Shown here: one piece after another, positions 32,701 through 50,700 of the stretch
Layout of the letters: each line of letters starts with the position of its first letter
Numbering within the stretch: the stretch's first letter is position 1
NCBI RefSeq assembly: GCF_036365525.1
Contig: NC_090378.1
Coordinates: 123,179,593-123,243,592, forward strand
Reading direction: 5' to 3'
Source: Heterodontus francisci
Taxonomy: Eukaryota
Length of the DNA: 64,000 bases
Notes under the pieces: model-generated
What the model was told of the DNA's origin: nothing
What the model saw: only the letters and a program-made list of their open reading frames with translations
Database searches by the model: none
Position numbers and translations under genes: made by a program

Positions 32701-35700
32701 CCCACAGTTATATATAATTTATGATAATGGACACACAGTCCCACCTCCTGTACTGACACTTCCCACAGTTACATACAATATATAATAATGGACACACAGT
32801 CCCACCTCCTGTACTGACACGTCCCACAGTTATATACAATATATAATAATGGACACACAGTCCCACCTCCTGTACTGACACGTCCCACAGTTATATATAA
32901 TATATAATAATGGACACACAGTCCCACCTCCTGTACTGACACGTCCCACAGTTATATACAATATATAATAATGGACACACAGTCCCACCTCCTGGACTGA
33001 CACATCCCACAGTTATATGTAATATATAATAATGGACACACGGTCCCACCTCCTGTACTGACACATCCCACAGTTATATATAATATATAATAATGGACAC
33101 ACAGTCCCACCTCCTGGACTGACACATCCCACAGTTATATATAATATATAATAATGGACACACCGTCTCACCTCCTGGACTGACACATCCCACAGTTATA
33201 TATAATATATAATAATGGACACTCAGTCCCACCTCCTGTACTGACACATCCCACAGTTATATATAATAAATAATAATGGACACACAGTCCCACCTCCTGC
33301 ACTGACACATCCCACAGTTATATATAATATATAATAATGGACACACAGTCCCACCTCCTGCACTGCCACATCCCACAGTTATATATAATATATAATAATG
33401 GACACACAGTCCCACCGCCTGTACTGACACATCCCACAGATATATATAATAAAAAATAATGGACTCACAGTCCCACCTCCTGTACTGACACATCCCACAG
33501 TTATATATAATATATAATAATGGACACACTGACCCACCTCCTGTACTGACACATCCCACAGTTATATATAATATATAATAATGGACACACAGCCCCACCT
33601 CATGTACTGACACATCCCACAGATATATATAATAAAAAATAATGGACTCACAGTCCCACCTCCTGTACTGACACATCCCACAGTTATATACAATATATAA
33701 TAATGGACACACAGTCCCACCTCCTGGACTGACACGTCCCACAGTTATATACAATATATAATAATGGACACACAGTCCCACCTCCTGGACTGACACATCC
33801 CACAGTTATATATAATATATAATAATGGACACACAGTCCCACCTCCTGTACTGACACGTCCCACAGTTATATATAATATATAATAATGGACACACAGTCC
33901 CACCTCCTGTACTGACACGTCCCACAGTTATATATAATATATAATAATGGACACACAGTCCCACCTCCTGGACTGACACATCCCACAGTTATATGTAATA
34001 TATAATAATGGACACACGGTCCCACCTCCTGTACTGACACATCCCACAGTTATATATAATATATAATAATGGACACACAGTCCCACCTCCTGGACTGACA
34101 CATCCCACAGTTATATATAATATATAATAATGGACACACCGTCTCACCTCCTGGACTGACACATCCCACAGTTACATATAATATATAATAATGGACACAC
34201 AGTCCCACCTCCTGGACTGACACATCCCACAGTTATATGTAATATATAATAATGGACACACGGTCCCACCTCCTGTACTGACACATCCCACAGTTATATA
34301 TAATATATAATAATGGACACTCAGTCCCACCTCCTGTACTGACACATCCCACAGTTATATATAATAAATAATAATGGACACACAGTCCCACCTCCTGCAC
34401 TGACACATCCCACAGTTATATATAATATATAATAATGGACACACAGTCCCACCTCCTGCACTGCCACATCCCACAGTTATATATAATATATAATAATGGA
34501 CACACAGTCCCACCGCCTGTACTGACACATCCCACAGATATATATAATAAAAAATAATGGACTCACAGTCCCACCTCCTGTACTGACACATCCCACAGTT
34601 ATATATAATAAATAATAATGGACACACAGTCCCACCTCCTGCACTGACACATCCCACAGTTATATATAATATATAATAATGGACACACAGTCCCACCTCC
34701 TGTACTGACACATCCCACAGTTATATATAATAAATAATAATGGACACACAGTCCCACCTCCTGCACTGACACATCCCACAGTTATATATAATATATAATA
34801 ATGGACACACAGTCCCACCTCCTGCACTGCCACATCCCACAGTTATATATAATATATAATAATGGACACACAGTCCCACCTCCTGGACTGACACATCCCA
34901 CAGTTATATGTAATATATAATAATGGACACACGGTCCCACCTCCTGTACTGACACATCCCACAGTTATATATAATATATAATAATGGACACACAGTCCCA
35001 CCTCCTGGACTGACACATCCCACAGTTATATATAATATATAATAATGGACACACCGTCTCACCTCCTGGACTGACACATCCCACAGTTACATATAATATA
35101 TAATAATGGACACACAGTCCCACCTCCTGGACTGACACATCCCACAGTTATATGTAATATATAATAATGGACACACGGTCCCACCTCCTGTACTGACACA
35201 TCCCACAGTTATATATAATATATAATAATGGACACTCAGTCCCACCTCCTGTACTGACACATCCCACAGTTATATATAATAAATAATAATGGACACACAG
35301 TCCCACCTCCTGCACTGACACATCCCACAGTTATATATAATATATAATAATGGACACACAGTCCCACCTCCTGCACTGCCACATCCCACAGTTATATATA
35401 ATATATAATAATGGACACACAGTCCCACCGCCTGTACTGACACATCCCACAGATATATATAATAAAAAATAATGGACTCACAGTCCCACCTCCTGTACTG
35501 ACACATCCCACAGTTATATATAATATATAATAATGGACACACTGACCCACCTCCTGTACTGACACATCCCACAGTTATATATAATATATAATAATGGACA
35601 CACAGCCCCACCTCATGTACTGACACATCCCACAGATATATATAATAAAAAATAATGGACTCACAGTCCCACCTCCTGTACTGACACATCCCACAGTTAT

Positions 35701-38700
35701 ATACAATATATAATAATGGACACACAGTTCCACCTCCTGGACTGACACGTCCCACAGTTATATACAATATATAATAATGGACACACAGTCCCACCTCCTG
35801 GACTGACACATCCCACAGTTATATGTAATATATAATAATGGACGCACGGTCCCACCTCCTGTACTGACACATCCCACAGCTATATATAATATATAATAAT
35901 GGACACACAGTCCCACCTCCTGGACTGACATATCCCACAGTTATATATAATATATAATAATGGACACACAGTCCCACCTCCTGGACTGACACATCCCACA
36001 GTTCTATATAATATATAATAATGGACACACAGTCCCACCTCCTGTACTGACATGTCCCACAGTTATATAATATAATAATGGACACACAGTCCCACCTCCT
36101 GTACTGACACATCCCACAGTTATATATAATATATAATAATGGACACACAGTCCCACCTCCTGTACTGACATGTCCCACAGTTATATAATATAATAATGGA
36201 CACACAGTCCCACCTCCTGTACTGACACATCCCACTGTTATATATAATATATAATAATGGACACACAGTCCCAGCTCCTGTACTGACACATCCCACAGTT
36301 ATATATAATATATAATAATGGACACACAGTCCCACCTCCTGTACTGACATGTCCCACAGTTATATAATATAATAATGGACACACAGTCCCACCTCCTGTA
36401 CTGACACATCCCACTGTTATATATAATATATAATAATGGACACACAGTCCCACCTCCTGTACTGACACATCCCACTGTTATATATAATATATAATAATGG
36501 ACACACAGTCCCAGCTCCTGTACTGACACATCCCACAGTTATATATAATATATAATAATGGACACACAGTCCCACCTCCTTTACTGACACATCCCACAGT
36601 TATATAATATAATAATGGACACACAGTCCCAGCTCCTGTACTGACACATCCCACAGTTATATATAATATATAATAATGGACACACAGTCCCACCTCCTTT
36701 ACTGATACATCCCACAGTTATATAATATAATAATGGACACACAGTCCCACCTCCTGTACTGACACATCCCACTGTTATATATAATATATAATAATGGACA
36801 CACAGTCCCAGCTCCTGTACTGACACATCCCACAGTTATATATAATATATAATAATGGACACACAGTCCCACCTCCTTTACTGACACATCCCACAGTTAT
36901 ATAATATAATAATGGACACACAGTACCACCTCCTGTACTGACACGTCCCACAATTACATATAATATATAATAATGGACACAAAGTCCCACCTCCTGTACT
37001 GACACGTCCCACAGTTATATATAAGATATAATAATGGACACACAGTCCCACCTCCTGTACTGACACGTCCCACAGTTATATATAATATATAATAATGGAC
37101 ACACAGTCCCACCTCCTGTCCTGACACGTCCCACAGTTATATAATATAATAATGGACACACAGTCCCACTTCCTGTACTGACACCTCCCACAGTTATATA
37201 TAATATATAATAATGGACACACAGTCCCATCTCCTGTACTGACACGTCCCACAGTTATATATAATATATAATAATGGACACACAGTCCCATCTCCTGTAC
37301 TGACACGTCCCACAGTTATATATAATATATAATAATGGACACATAGTCCCACCTCCTGTACTGACACATCCCACACTTATATATAATATATAATAATGGA
37401 CACACAGTCCCACCTCCTGTACTGACACATCCCACTGTTATATATAATATATAATAATGGACACACAGTCCCAGCTCCTGTACTGACACATCCCACAGTT
37501 ATATGTAATATATAATAATGGACACACAGTCCCACCTCCTGTACTGACATGTCCCACAGTTATATAATATAATAATGGACACACAGTCCCACCTCCTGTA
37601 CTGACACATCCCACTGTTATATATAATATATAATAATGGACACACAGTCCCACCTCCTGTACTGACACATCCCACTGTTATATATAATATATAATAATGG
37701 ACACACAGTCCCAGCTCCTGTACTGACACATCCCACAGTTATATATAATATATAATAATGGACACACAGTCCCACCTCCTTTACTGACACATCCCACAGT
37801 TATATAATATAATAATGGACACACAGTCCCAGCTCCTGTACTGACACATCCCACAGTTATATATAATATATAATAATGGACACACAGTCCCACCTCCTTT
37901 ACTGATACATCCCACAGTTATATAATATAATAATGGACACACAGTCCCACCTCCTGTACTGACACATCCCACTGTTATATATAATATATAATAATGGACA
38001 CACAGTCCCAGCTCCTGTACTGACACATCCCACAGTTATATATAATATATAATAATGGACACACAGTCCCACCTCCTTTACTGACACATCCCACAGTTAT
38101 ATAATATAATAATGGACACACAGTACCACCTCCTGTACTGACACGTCCCACAATTACATATAATATATAATAATGGACACAAAGTCCCACCTCCTGTACT
38201 GACACGTCCCACAGTTATATATAAGATATAATAATGGACACACAGTCCCACCTCCTGTACTGACACGTCCCACAGTTATATATAATATATAATAATGGAC
38301 ACACAGTCCCACCTCCTGTCCTGACACGTCCCACAGTTATATAATATAATAATGGACACACAGTCCCACTTCCTGTACTGACACCTCCCACAGTTATATA
38401 TAATATATAATAATGGACACACAGTCCCATCTCCTGTACTGACACGTCCCACAGTTATATATAATATATAATAATGGACACACAGTCCCATCTCCTGTAC
38501 TGACACGTCCCACAGTTATATATAATATATAATAATGGACACATAGTCCCACCTCCTGTACTGACACATCCCACACTTATATATAATATATAATAATGGA
38601 CACACAGTCCCACCTCCTGTACTGACACATCCCACACTTATATATAATATATAATAATGGACACACAGTCCCACCGCCTGTACTGACACATCCCACAGAT

Positions 38701-41700
38701 ATATATAATAAAAAATAATGGTCTCACAGTCCCACCTCCTGTACTGACACATCCCACAGTTATATATAATATATAATAATGGACACACAGTCCCACCGCC
38801 TGTACTGACACATCCCACAGATATATATAATAAAAAATAATGGACTCACAGTCCCACCTCCTGTACTGACACATCCCACAGTTATATATAATTTATGATA
38901 ATGGACACACAGTCCCACCTCCTGTACTGACACTTCCCACAGTTACATACAATATATAATAATGGACACACAGTCCCACCTCCTGTACTGACACGTCCCA
39001 CAGTTATATACAATATATAATAATGGACACACAGTCCCACCTCCTGTACTGACACGTCCCACAGTTATATATAATATATAATAATGGACACACAGTCCCA
39101 CCTCCTGTACTGACACTTCCCACAGTTATATACAATATATAATAATGGACACACAGTCCCACCTCCTGGACTGACACATCCCACAGTTATATAATATAAT
39201 AATGGACACACAGTACCACCTCCTGTACTGACACGTCCCACAATTACATATAATATATAATAATGGACACAAAGTCCCACCTCCTGTACTGACACGTCCC
39301 ACAGTTATATATAAGATATAATAATGGACACACAGTCCCACCTCCTGTCCTGACACGTCCCACAGTTATATAATATAATAATGGACACACAGTCCCACCT
39401 CCTGTACTGACACCTCCCACAGTTATATATAATATATAATAATGGACACACAGTCCCATCTCCTGTACTGACACGTCCCACAGTTATATATAATATATAA
39501 TAATGGACACACAGTCCCATCTCCTGTACTGACACGTCCCACAGTTATATATAATATATAATAATGGACACACAGTCCCACCGCCTGTACTGACACATCC
39601 CACAGATATATATAATAAAAAATAATGGACTCACAGTCCCACCTCCTGTACTGACACATCCCACAGTTATATATAATATATAATAATGGACACACAGTCC
39701 CACCGCCTGTACTGACACATCCCACAGATATATATAATAAAAAATAATGGACTCACAGTCCCACCTCCTGTACTGACACATCCCACAGTTATATATAATA
39801 TATGATAATGGACACGCAGTCCCACCTCCTGTACTGACACATCCCACAGTTATATATAATTTATGATAATGGACACACAGTCCCACCTCCTGTACTGACA
39901 CTTCCCACAGTTACATACAATATATAATAATGGACACACAGTCCCACCTCCTGTACTGACACGTCCCACAGTTATATACAATATATAATAATGGACACAC
40001 AGTCCCACCTCCTGGACTGACACATCCCACAGTTATATGTAATATATAATAATGGACACACGGTCCCACCTCCTGTACTGACACATCCCACAGTTATATA
40101 TAATATATAATAATGGACACACAGTCCCACCTCCTGGACTGACACATCCCACAGTTATATATAATATATAATAATGGACACACCGTCTCACCTCCTGGAC
40201 TGACACATCCCACAGTTATATATAATATATAATAATGGACACTCTGTCCCACCTCCTGTACTGACACATCCCACAGTTATATATAATAAATAATAATGGA
40301 CACACAGTCCCACCTCCTGCACTGACACATCCCACAGTTATATATAATATATAATAATGGACACACAGTCCCACCTCCTGCACTGCCACATCCCATAGTT
40401 ATATATAATATATAATAATGGACACACAGTCCCACCGCCTGTACTGACACATCCCACAGATATATATAATAAAAAATAATGGACTCACAGTCCCACCTCC
40501 TGTACTGACACATCCCACAGTTATATATAATTTATGATAATGGACACACAGTCCCACCTCCTGTACTGACACTTCCCACAGTTACATACAATATATAATA
40601 ATGGACACACAGTCCCACCTCCTGTACTGACAAGTCCCACAGTTATATACAATATATAATAATGGACACACAGTCCCACCTCCTGTACTGACACGTCCCA
40701 CAGTTATATATAATATATAATAATGGACACACAGTCCCACCTCCTGTACTGACACTTCCCACAGTTATATACAATATATAATAATGGACACACAGTCCCA
40801 CCTCCTGGACTGACACATCCCACAGTTATATAATATAATAATGGACACACAGTACCACCTCCTGTACTGACACGTCCCACAATTACATATAATATATAAT
40901 AATGGACACAAAGTCCCACCTCCTGTACTGACACGTCCCACAGTTATATATAAGATATAATAATGGACACACAGTCCCACCTCCTGTCCTGACACGTCCC
41001 ACAGTTATATAATATAATAATGGACACACAGTCCCACCTCCTGTACTGACACCTCCCACAGTTATATATAATATATAATAATGGACACACAGTCCCATCT
41101 CCTGTACTGACACGTCCCACAGTTATATATAATATATAATAATGGACACACTGTCCCATCTCCTGTACTGACACGTCCCACAGTTATATATAATATATAA
41201 TAATGGACACACAGTCCCACCGCCTGTACTGACACATCCCACAGATATATATAATAAAAAATAATGGACTCACAGTCCCACCTCCTGTACTGACACATCC
41301 CACAGTTATATATAATATATAATAATGGACACACAGTCCCACCGCCTGTACTGACACATCCCACAGATATATATAATAAAAAATAATGGACTCACAGTCC
41401 CACCTCCTGTACTGACACATCCCACAGTTATATATAATATATGATAATGGACACGCAGTCCCACCTCCTGTACTGACACATCCCACAGTTATATATAATT
41501 TATGATAATGGACACACAGTCCCACCTCCTGTACTGACACTTCCCACAGTTACATACAATATATAATAATGGACACACAGTCCCACCTCCTGTACTGACA
41601 CGTCCCACAGTTATATACAATATATAATAATGGACACACAGTCCCACCTCCTGGACTGACACATCCCACAGTTATATGTAATATATAATAATGGACACAC

Positions 41701-44700
41701 GGTCCCACCTCCTGTACTGACACATCCCACAGTTATATATAATATATAATAATGGACACACAGTCCCACCTCCTGGACTGACACATCCCACAGTTATATA
41801 TAATATATAATAATGGACACACCGTCTCACCTCCTGGACTGACACATCCCACAGTTATATATAATATATAATAATGGACACTCTGTCCCACCTCCTGTAC
41901 TGACACATCCCACAGTTATATATAATAAATAATAATGGACACACAGTCCCACCTCCTGCACTGACACATCCCACAGTTATATATAATATATAATAATGGA
42001 CACACAGTCCCACCTCCTGCACTGCCACATCCCATAGTTATATATAATATATAATAATGGACACACAGTCCCACCGCCTGTACTGACACATCCCACAGAT
42101 ATATATAATAAAAAATAATGGACTCACAGTCCCACCTCCTGTACTGACACATCCCACAGTTATATATAATATATAATAATGGACACACTGACCCACCTCC
42201 TGTACTGACACATCCCACAGTTATATATAATATATAATAATGGACACACAGTCCCACCTCCTGTACTGACACATCCCACAGATATATATAATAAAAAATA
42301 ATGGACTCACAGTCCCACCTCCTGTACTGACACATCCCACAGTTATATATAATATATAATAATGGACACACAGTTCCACCTCCTGGACTGACACGTCCCA
42401 CAGTTATATACAATATATAATAATGGACACACAGTCCCACCTCCTGGACTGACACATCCCACAGTTATATGTAATATATAATAATGGACACACGGTCCCA
42501 CCTCCTGTACTGACACATCCCACAGATATATATAATAAAAAATAATGGACTCACAGTCCCACCTCCTGTACTGACACATCCCACAGTTATATATAATATA
42601 TAATAATGGACACACAGTCCCACCTCCTGTACTGACACATCCCACAGATATATATAATAAAAAATAATGGACTCACAGTCCCACCTCCTGTACTGACACA
42701 TCCCACAGTTATATATAATATATAATAATGGACACACAGTCCCACCTCCTGTACTGACACATCCCACAGATATATATAATAAAAAATAATGGACTCACAG
42801 TCCCACCTCCTGTACTGACACATCCCACAGTTATATATAATATATAATAATGGACACACAGTCCCACCTCCTGTACTGACACATCCCACAGATATATATA
42901 ATAAAAAATAATGGACTCACAGTCCCACCTCCTGTACTGACACATCCCACAGTTATATATAATATATAATAATGGACACACAGTTCCACCTCCTGGACTG
43001 ACACGTCCCACAGTTATATACAATATATAATAATGGACACACAGTCCCACCTCCTGGACTGACACATCCCACAGTTATATGTAATATATAATAATGGACA
43101 CACGGTCCCACCTCCTGTACTGACACATCCCACAGTTATATATAATATATAATAATGGACACATAGTCCCACCTCCTGTACTGACAAATCCCACAGTTAT
43201 ATATAATATATAATAATGGACACGCAGTCTCACCTCCTGTACTGACACATCCCACAGTTATATATAATATATAATAATGGACACACAGTCCCACCTCCTG
43301 TACTGACAAATCCCACAGTTATATATAATATATAATAATGGACACGCAGTCTCACCTCCTGTACTGACACATCCCACAGTTATATATAATATATAATAAT
43401 GGACACACAGTCCCACCTCCTGTACTGACAAATCCCACAGTTATATATAATATATAATAATGGACACGCAGTCTCACCTCCTGTACTGACACATCCCACA
43501 GTTATATGTAATATATAATAATGGACACACGGTCCCACCTCCTGCACTGACACATCCCACAGTTATATATAATATATAATAATGGACTCACAGTCCCACC
43601 TCCTGTACTGACACATCCCACAGTTATATACAATATATAATAATGGACACACAGTCCCACCTCCTGGACTGACAAATCCCACAGTTATATATAATATATA
43701 ATAATGGACACGCAGTCTCACCTCCTGTACTGACACATCCCACAGTTATATGTAATATATAATAATGGACACACGGTCCCACCTCCTGCACTGACACATC
43801 CCACAGTTATATATAATATATAATAATGGACTCACAGTCCCACCTCCTGTACTGACACATCCCACAGTTATATATAATATATAATAATGGACTCACAGTC
43901 CCACCTCCTGTACTGACACATCCCACAGTTATATACAATATATAATAATGGACACACAGTCCCACCTCCTGGACTGACACATCCCACAGTTATTTTTAAT
44001 ATATAATAATGGACACATAGTCCCACCTCCTGTACTGACACATCCCACAGTTATATATAATATATAATAATGGACACACAGTCCCACCTCCTGCACTGAC
44101 ACATCCCACAGTTATATATAATATATAATAATGGACACACAGTCCCACCTCCTGCACTGCCACATCCCATAGTTATATATAATATATAATAATGGACACA
44201 CAGTCCCACCCCCTGTACTGACACATCCCACAGTTATATATAATATATAATAATGGACACACAGTCCCACCTCCTGCACTGCCACATCCCATAGTTATAT
44301 ATAATATATAATAATGGACACACAGTCCCACCCCCTGTACTGACACATCCCACAGTTATATATAATAAAAAATAATGGACTCACAGTCCCACCTCCTGTA
44401 CTGACATGTCCCACAGTTATATATAATATATAATAATGGACACACAGTCCCACCTCCTGCACTGCCACATCCCATAGTTATATATAATATATAATAATGG
44501 ACACACAGTCCCACCCCCTGTACTGACACATCCCACAGTTATATATAATATATAATAATGGACACACAGTCCCACCTCCTGCACTGCCACATCCCATAGT
44601 TATATATAATATATAATAATGGACACACAGTCCCACCCCCTGTACTGACACATCCCACAGTTATATATAATAAAAAATAATGGACTCACAGTCCCACCTC

Positions 44701-47700
44701 CTGGACTGACACGTCCCACAGTTATATACAATATATAATAATGGACACACAGTTCCACCTCCTGGACTGACACGTCCCACAGTTATATACAATATATAAT
44801 AATGGACACACAGTCCCACCTCCTGGACTGACACATCCCACAGTTATATGTAATATATAATAATGGACACGCAGTCTCACCTCCTGTACTGACACATCCC
44901 ACAGTTATATGTAATATATAATAATGGACACACGGTCCCACCTCCTGCACTGACACATCCCACATTTATATATAATATATAATAATGGACACACAGTCCC
45001 ACCTCCTGTACTGACACATCCCACTGTTATATGTAATATATAATAATGGACACACGGTCCCACCTCCTGCACTGACAAATCCCACAGGTATATATAATAT
45101 ATAATAATGGACACGCAGTCTCACCTCCTGTACTGACACATCCCACAGTTATATGTAATATATAATAATGGACACACGGTCCCACCTCCTGCACTGACAC
45201 ATCCCACATTTATATATAATATATAATAATGGACACACGGTCCCACCTCCTGTACTGACACATCGCACAGTTATATATAATATATAATAATGGACACACA
45301 GTCCCACCTCCTGGACTGACACATCCCACAGTTATATGTAATATATAATAATGGGCACACCGTCCCACCTCCTGTACTGACACGTCCCACATGTATATAT
45401 AATATATAATAAAGGACACACAGTCCCACCTCCTGGACTGACACATCCCACAGTTATATGTAATATATAATAATGGACACACGGTCCCACCTCCTGTACT
45501 GACACATCCCACATTTTATATATAATATATAATAAAGGACACACAGTCCCACCTCCTGGACTGACACGTCCCACAGTTATATACAATATAAAATAATGGA
45601 CACACAGTCCCACCTCCTGGACTGACACATCCCACAGTTATATATAATATATAATAATGGACACACAGTCCCACCTCCTGTACTGACACATCCCACAGCT
45701 ATATATAATATATAATAATGGGCACACAGTCCCACCTCCTGTACTGACACGTCCCACAGTTATATATAATATATAATAATGGACACACAGTCCCACCGCC
45801 TGTACTGACACATCCCACAGATATATATAATAAAAAATAATGGACTCACAGTCCCACCTCCTGTACTGACACATCCCACAGTTATATATAATATATAATA
45901 ATGGACACACTGACCCACCTCCTGTACTGACACATCCCACAGTTATATATAATATATAATAATGGACACACAGTCCCACCTCCTGTACTGACACATCCCA
46001 CAGATATATATAATAAAAAATAATGGACACACAGTCCCACCTCCTGGACTGACACATCCCACAGTTATATATAATATATAATAATGGACACACAGTCCCA
46101 CCTCCTGTACTGACACATCCCACAGATATATATAATAAAAAATAATGGACACACAGTCCCACCTCCTGGACTGACACATCCCACAGTTATATATAATATA
46201 TAATAATGGACACACAGTCCCACCTCCTGGACTGACAAATCCCACAGTTATATATAATATATAATAATGGACACGCAGTCTCACCTCCTGCACTGACACA
46301 TCCCACAGTTATATGTGATATATAATAATGGACACACGGTCCCACCTCCTGGACTGACACATCCCACAGGTATATATAATATATAATAATGGACACGCAG
46401 TCTCACCTCCTGTACTGACACATCCCACAGTTATATGTAATATATAATAATGGACACACGGTCCCACCTCCTGCACTGACACATCCCACAGTTATATATA
46501 ATATATAATAATGGACACACAGTCCCACCTCCTGTACTGACACATCCCACATTTATATATAATATATAATAATGGACACACGGTCCCACCTCCTGTACTG
46601 ACACATCCCACAGTTATATATAATATATAATAATGGACACACAGTCCCACCTCCTGGACTGACACATCCCACAGTTATATGTAATATATAATAATGGGCA
46701 CACCGTCCCACCTCCTGTACTGACACGTCCCACATTTATATATAATATATAATAAAGGACACTCAGTCCCACCTCCTGGACTGACACATCCCACAGTTAT
46801 ATGTAATATATAATAATGGACACACAGTCCCACCTCCTGTACTGACACATCCCACAGTTATATGTAATATATAATAATGGACACACAGTCCCACCTCCTG
46901 TACTGACACATCCCACATTTTATATATAATATATAATAAAGGACACACAGTCCCACCTCCTGGACTGACACGTCCCACAGTTATATACAATATAAAATAA
47001 TGGACACACAGTCCCACCTCCTGGACTGACACATCCCACAGTTATATATAATATATAATAATGGACACACGGTCCCACCTCCTGCACTGACACATCCCAC
47101 AGTTATATATAATATATAATAATGGACACACAGTCTCACCTTCTGGACTGACACATCCCACAGTTATATATAATACATAATAATGGACACACAGTCTCAC
47201 CTCCTGTACTGACACATCCCACAGCTATATATAATATATAATAATGGGCACACAGTCCCACCTCCTGTACTGACACGTCCCACAGTTATATATAATACAT
47301 AATAATGGACACACAGTCCCACCTCCTGGACTGACACATCCCACAGTTATATGTAATATATAATAATGGACACACAGTCCCACCTCCTCTACTGACACGT
47401 CCCACAGTTATATCCAATATAAAATAATGGACACACAGTCCCACCTCCTGGACTGACACATCCCACAGTTATATATAATATATAATAATGGACACACAGT
47501 CCCACCTCCTGCACTGACACATCCCACAGTTATATATAATATATAATAATGGACACACAGTCTCACCTTCTGGACTGACACATCCCACAGTTATATATAA
47601 TACATAATAATGGACACACTGACCCACCTCCTGCACTGACACGTCCCACAGTTCTATCTAAGATATAATAATGAACACACAGTCCCACCTCCGGTACCGA

Positions 47701-50700
47701 CACATCCCACAGTTATATATAATATATAATAATGGACACACAGTCCCACCTCCTGCACTGACACGTCCCACAGTTATATATAATATATAATAATGGACAC
47801 ACAGTCCCACCTCCTGTACTGACACGTCCCACAGTTATATATCATATATAATAATGGACACACAGTCCCACCTCCTGTACTGACACGTCCACAGTTATAT
47901 ATAATATATAATAATGGACACACAGTCCCACCTCCTGTACTGACACATCCCACAGTTATATATAATATATAATAATGGACACACAGTCCCACCTCCTGTA
48001 CTGACATGTCCCACAGTTATATAATATAATAATGGACACACAGTCCCAGCTCCTGTACTGACATGTCCCACAGTTATATAATATAATAATGGACACACAG
48101 TCCCACCTCCTGTACTGACATGTCCCACAGTTATATAATATAATAATGGACACACAGTCCCACCTCCTGTACTGACACATCCCACAGTTATATATAATAT
48201 ATAATAATGGACACACAGTCCCACCTCCTGTACTGACATGTCCCACAGTTATATAATATAATAATGGACACACAGTCCCACCTCCTGTACTGACATGTCC
48301 CACAGTTATATAATATAATAATGGACACACAGTCCCACCTCCTGTACTGACACATCCCACTGTTATATATAATATATAATAATGGACACACAGTCCCACC
48401 TCCTGTACTGACATGTCCCACAGTTATATAATATAATAATGGACACACAGTCCCACCTCCTGTACTGACACATCCCACTGTTATATATAATATATAATAA
48501 TGGACACACAGTCCCAGCTCCTGTACTGACACGTCCCACAGTTATATATAATGTATGATAATGGACACACAGTCCCACCTCCTGTACTGACACATCCCAC
48601 AGTTATATAATATAATAATGGACACACAGTCCCACTTCCTGTACTGACACGTCCCACAATTACATATAATATATAATAATGGACACACAGTCCCACCTCC
48701 TGTACTGACACGTCCCACAGTTATATATAATATATAATAATGGACACACAGTCCCACCTCCTGTACTGACATGTCCCACAGTTATATATAAGATATAATA
48801 ATGGACACACAGTCCCACCTCCTGTACTGACACGTCCCACAGTTATATATAATATATAATAATGGACACACAGTCCCACCTCCTGTACTGACACGTCCCA
48901 CAGTTATATAATATAATAATGGACACACAGTCCCAACTCCTGTACTGACACCTCCCACAGTTATATATAATATATAATAATGGACACACAGTCCCATCTC
49001 CTGTACTGACACGTCCCACAGTTATATATAATATATAATAATGGACACACAGTCCCACCTCCTGTACTGACATGTCCCACAGTTATATATAAGATATAAT
49101 AATGGACACACACTCCCAACTCCTGTACTGTCACGTCCCACAGTTATATATAATATATAATAATGGACACATAGTCCCACCTCCTGTACTGTCACATCCC
49201 GCACCTATATATAATATATAATAATGGACACACAGTCCCACCTCCTGTACCGACACGTCCCACAGTTATATATAATATATAATAATGGACACATAGTCCC
49301 ACCTCCTGTACTGACACATCCCACACTTATATATAATATATAATAATGGACACACAGTCCCACCTCCTGTACCGACACGTCCCACAGTTATATATAATAT
49401 ATAATAATGGACACATAGTCCCACCGCCTGTACTGACACATCCCACAGATATATATAATAAAAAATAATGGACTCACAGTCCCACCTCCTGGACTGACAC
49501 ATCCCACAGTTATATATAATATATAATAATGGACACACAGTCCCACCGCCTGTACTGACACATCCCACAGATATATATAATAAAAAATAATGGACTCACA
49601 GTCCCACCTCCTGTACTGACACATCCCACAGTTATATATAATATATGATAATGGACACGCAGTCCCACCTCCTGTACTGACACATCCCACAGTTATATAT
49701 AATTTATAATAATGGACACACAGTCCCACCTCCTGGACTGACACTTCCCACAGTTACATACAATATATAATAATGGACAGACAGTCCCACCTCCTGTACT
49801 GACACGTCCCACAGTTATATACAATATATAATAATGGACACACAGTCTCACCTCCTGGACTGACACGTCCCACAGTTATATACAATATATAATAATGGAC
49901 ACACAGTCCCACCTCCTGGACTGACACATCCCACAGTTATATATAATAAATAATAATGGACACACTCCCACCTCCTGCACTGACACATCCCACAGTTATA
50001 TATAATATATAATAATGGACACACAGTCCCACCTCCTGCACTGACACATCCCACAGTTATATATAATATATAATAATGGACACACAGTCCCACCGCCTGT
50101 ACTGACACATCCCACAGATATATATAATAAAAAATAATGGACTCACAGTCCCACCTCCTGTACTGACACATCCCACAGTTATATATAATATATAATAATG
50201 GACACACTGACCCACCTCCTGTACTGACACATCCCACTGTTACATACAATATATAATAATGGACACACAGTCCCACCTCCATTACTGACACGTCCCACAG
50301 TTATATATAATATATAATAATGGACACACAGTCCCACCTCCTGTACTGACACGTCCCACAGTTATATACAATATATAATAATGGACACACAGTCCCACCT
50401 CCTGGACTGACACATTCCACAGTTATATGTAATATATAATAATGGACACACGTTCCCACCTCCTGTACTAACACATCCCACAGTTATATATAATATATAA
50501 TAATGGACACACAGTCCCACCTCCTGGACTGACACAAACCACTGTTATATATAATATATAATAATGGACACACAGTCCCACCTCCTGCACTGACACATCC
50601 CACAGTTATATATAATATATAATAATGGACACACAGTCCCACCTCCTGCACTGACACATCCCACAGTTATATATAATATATAATAATGGACACACCGTCT

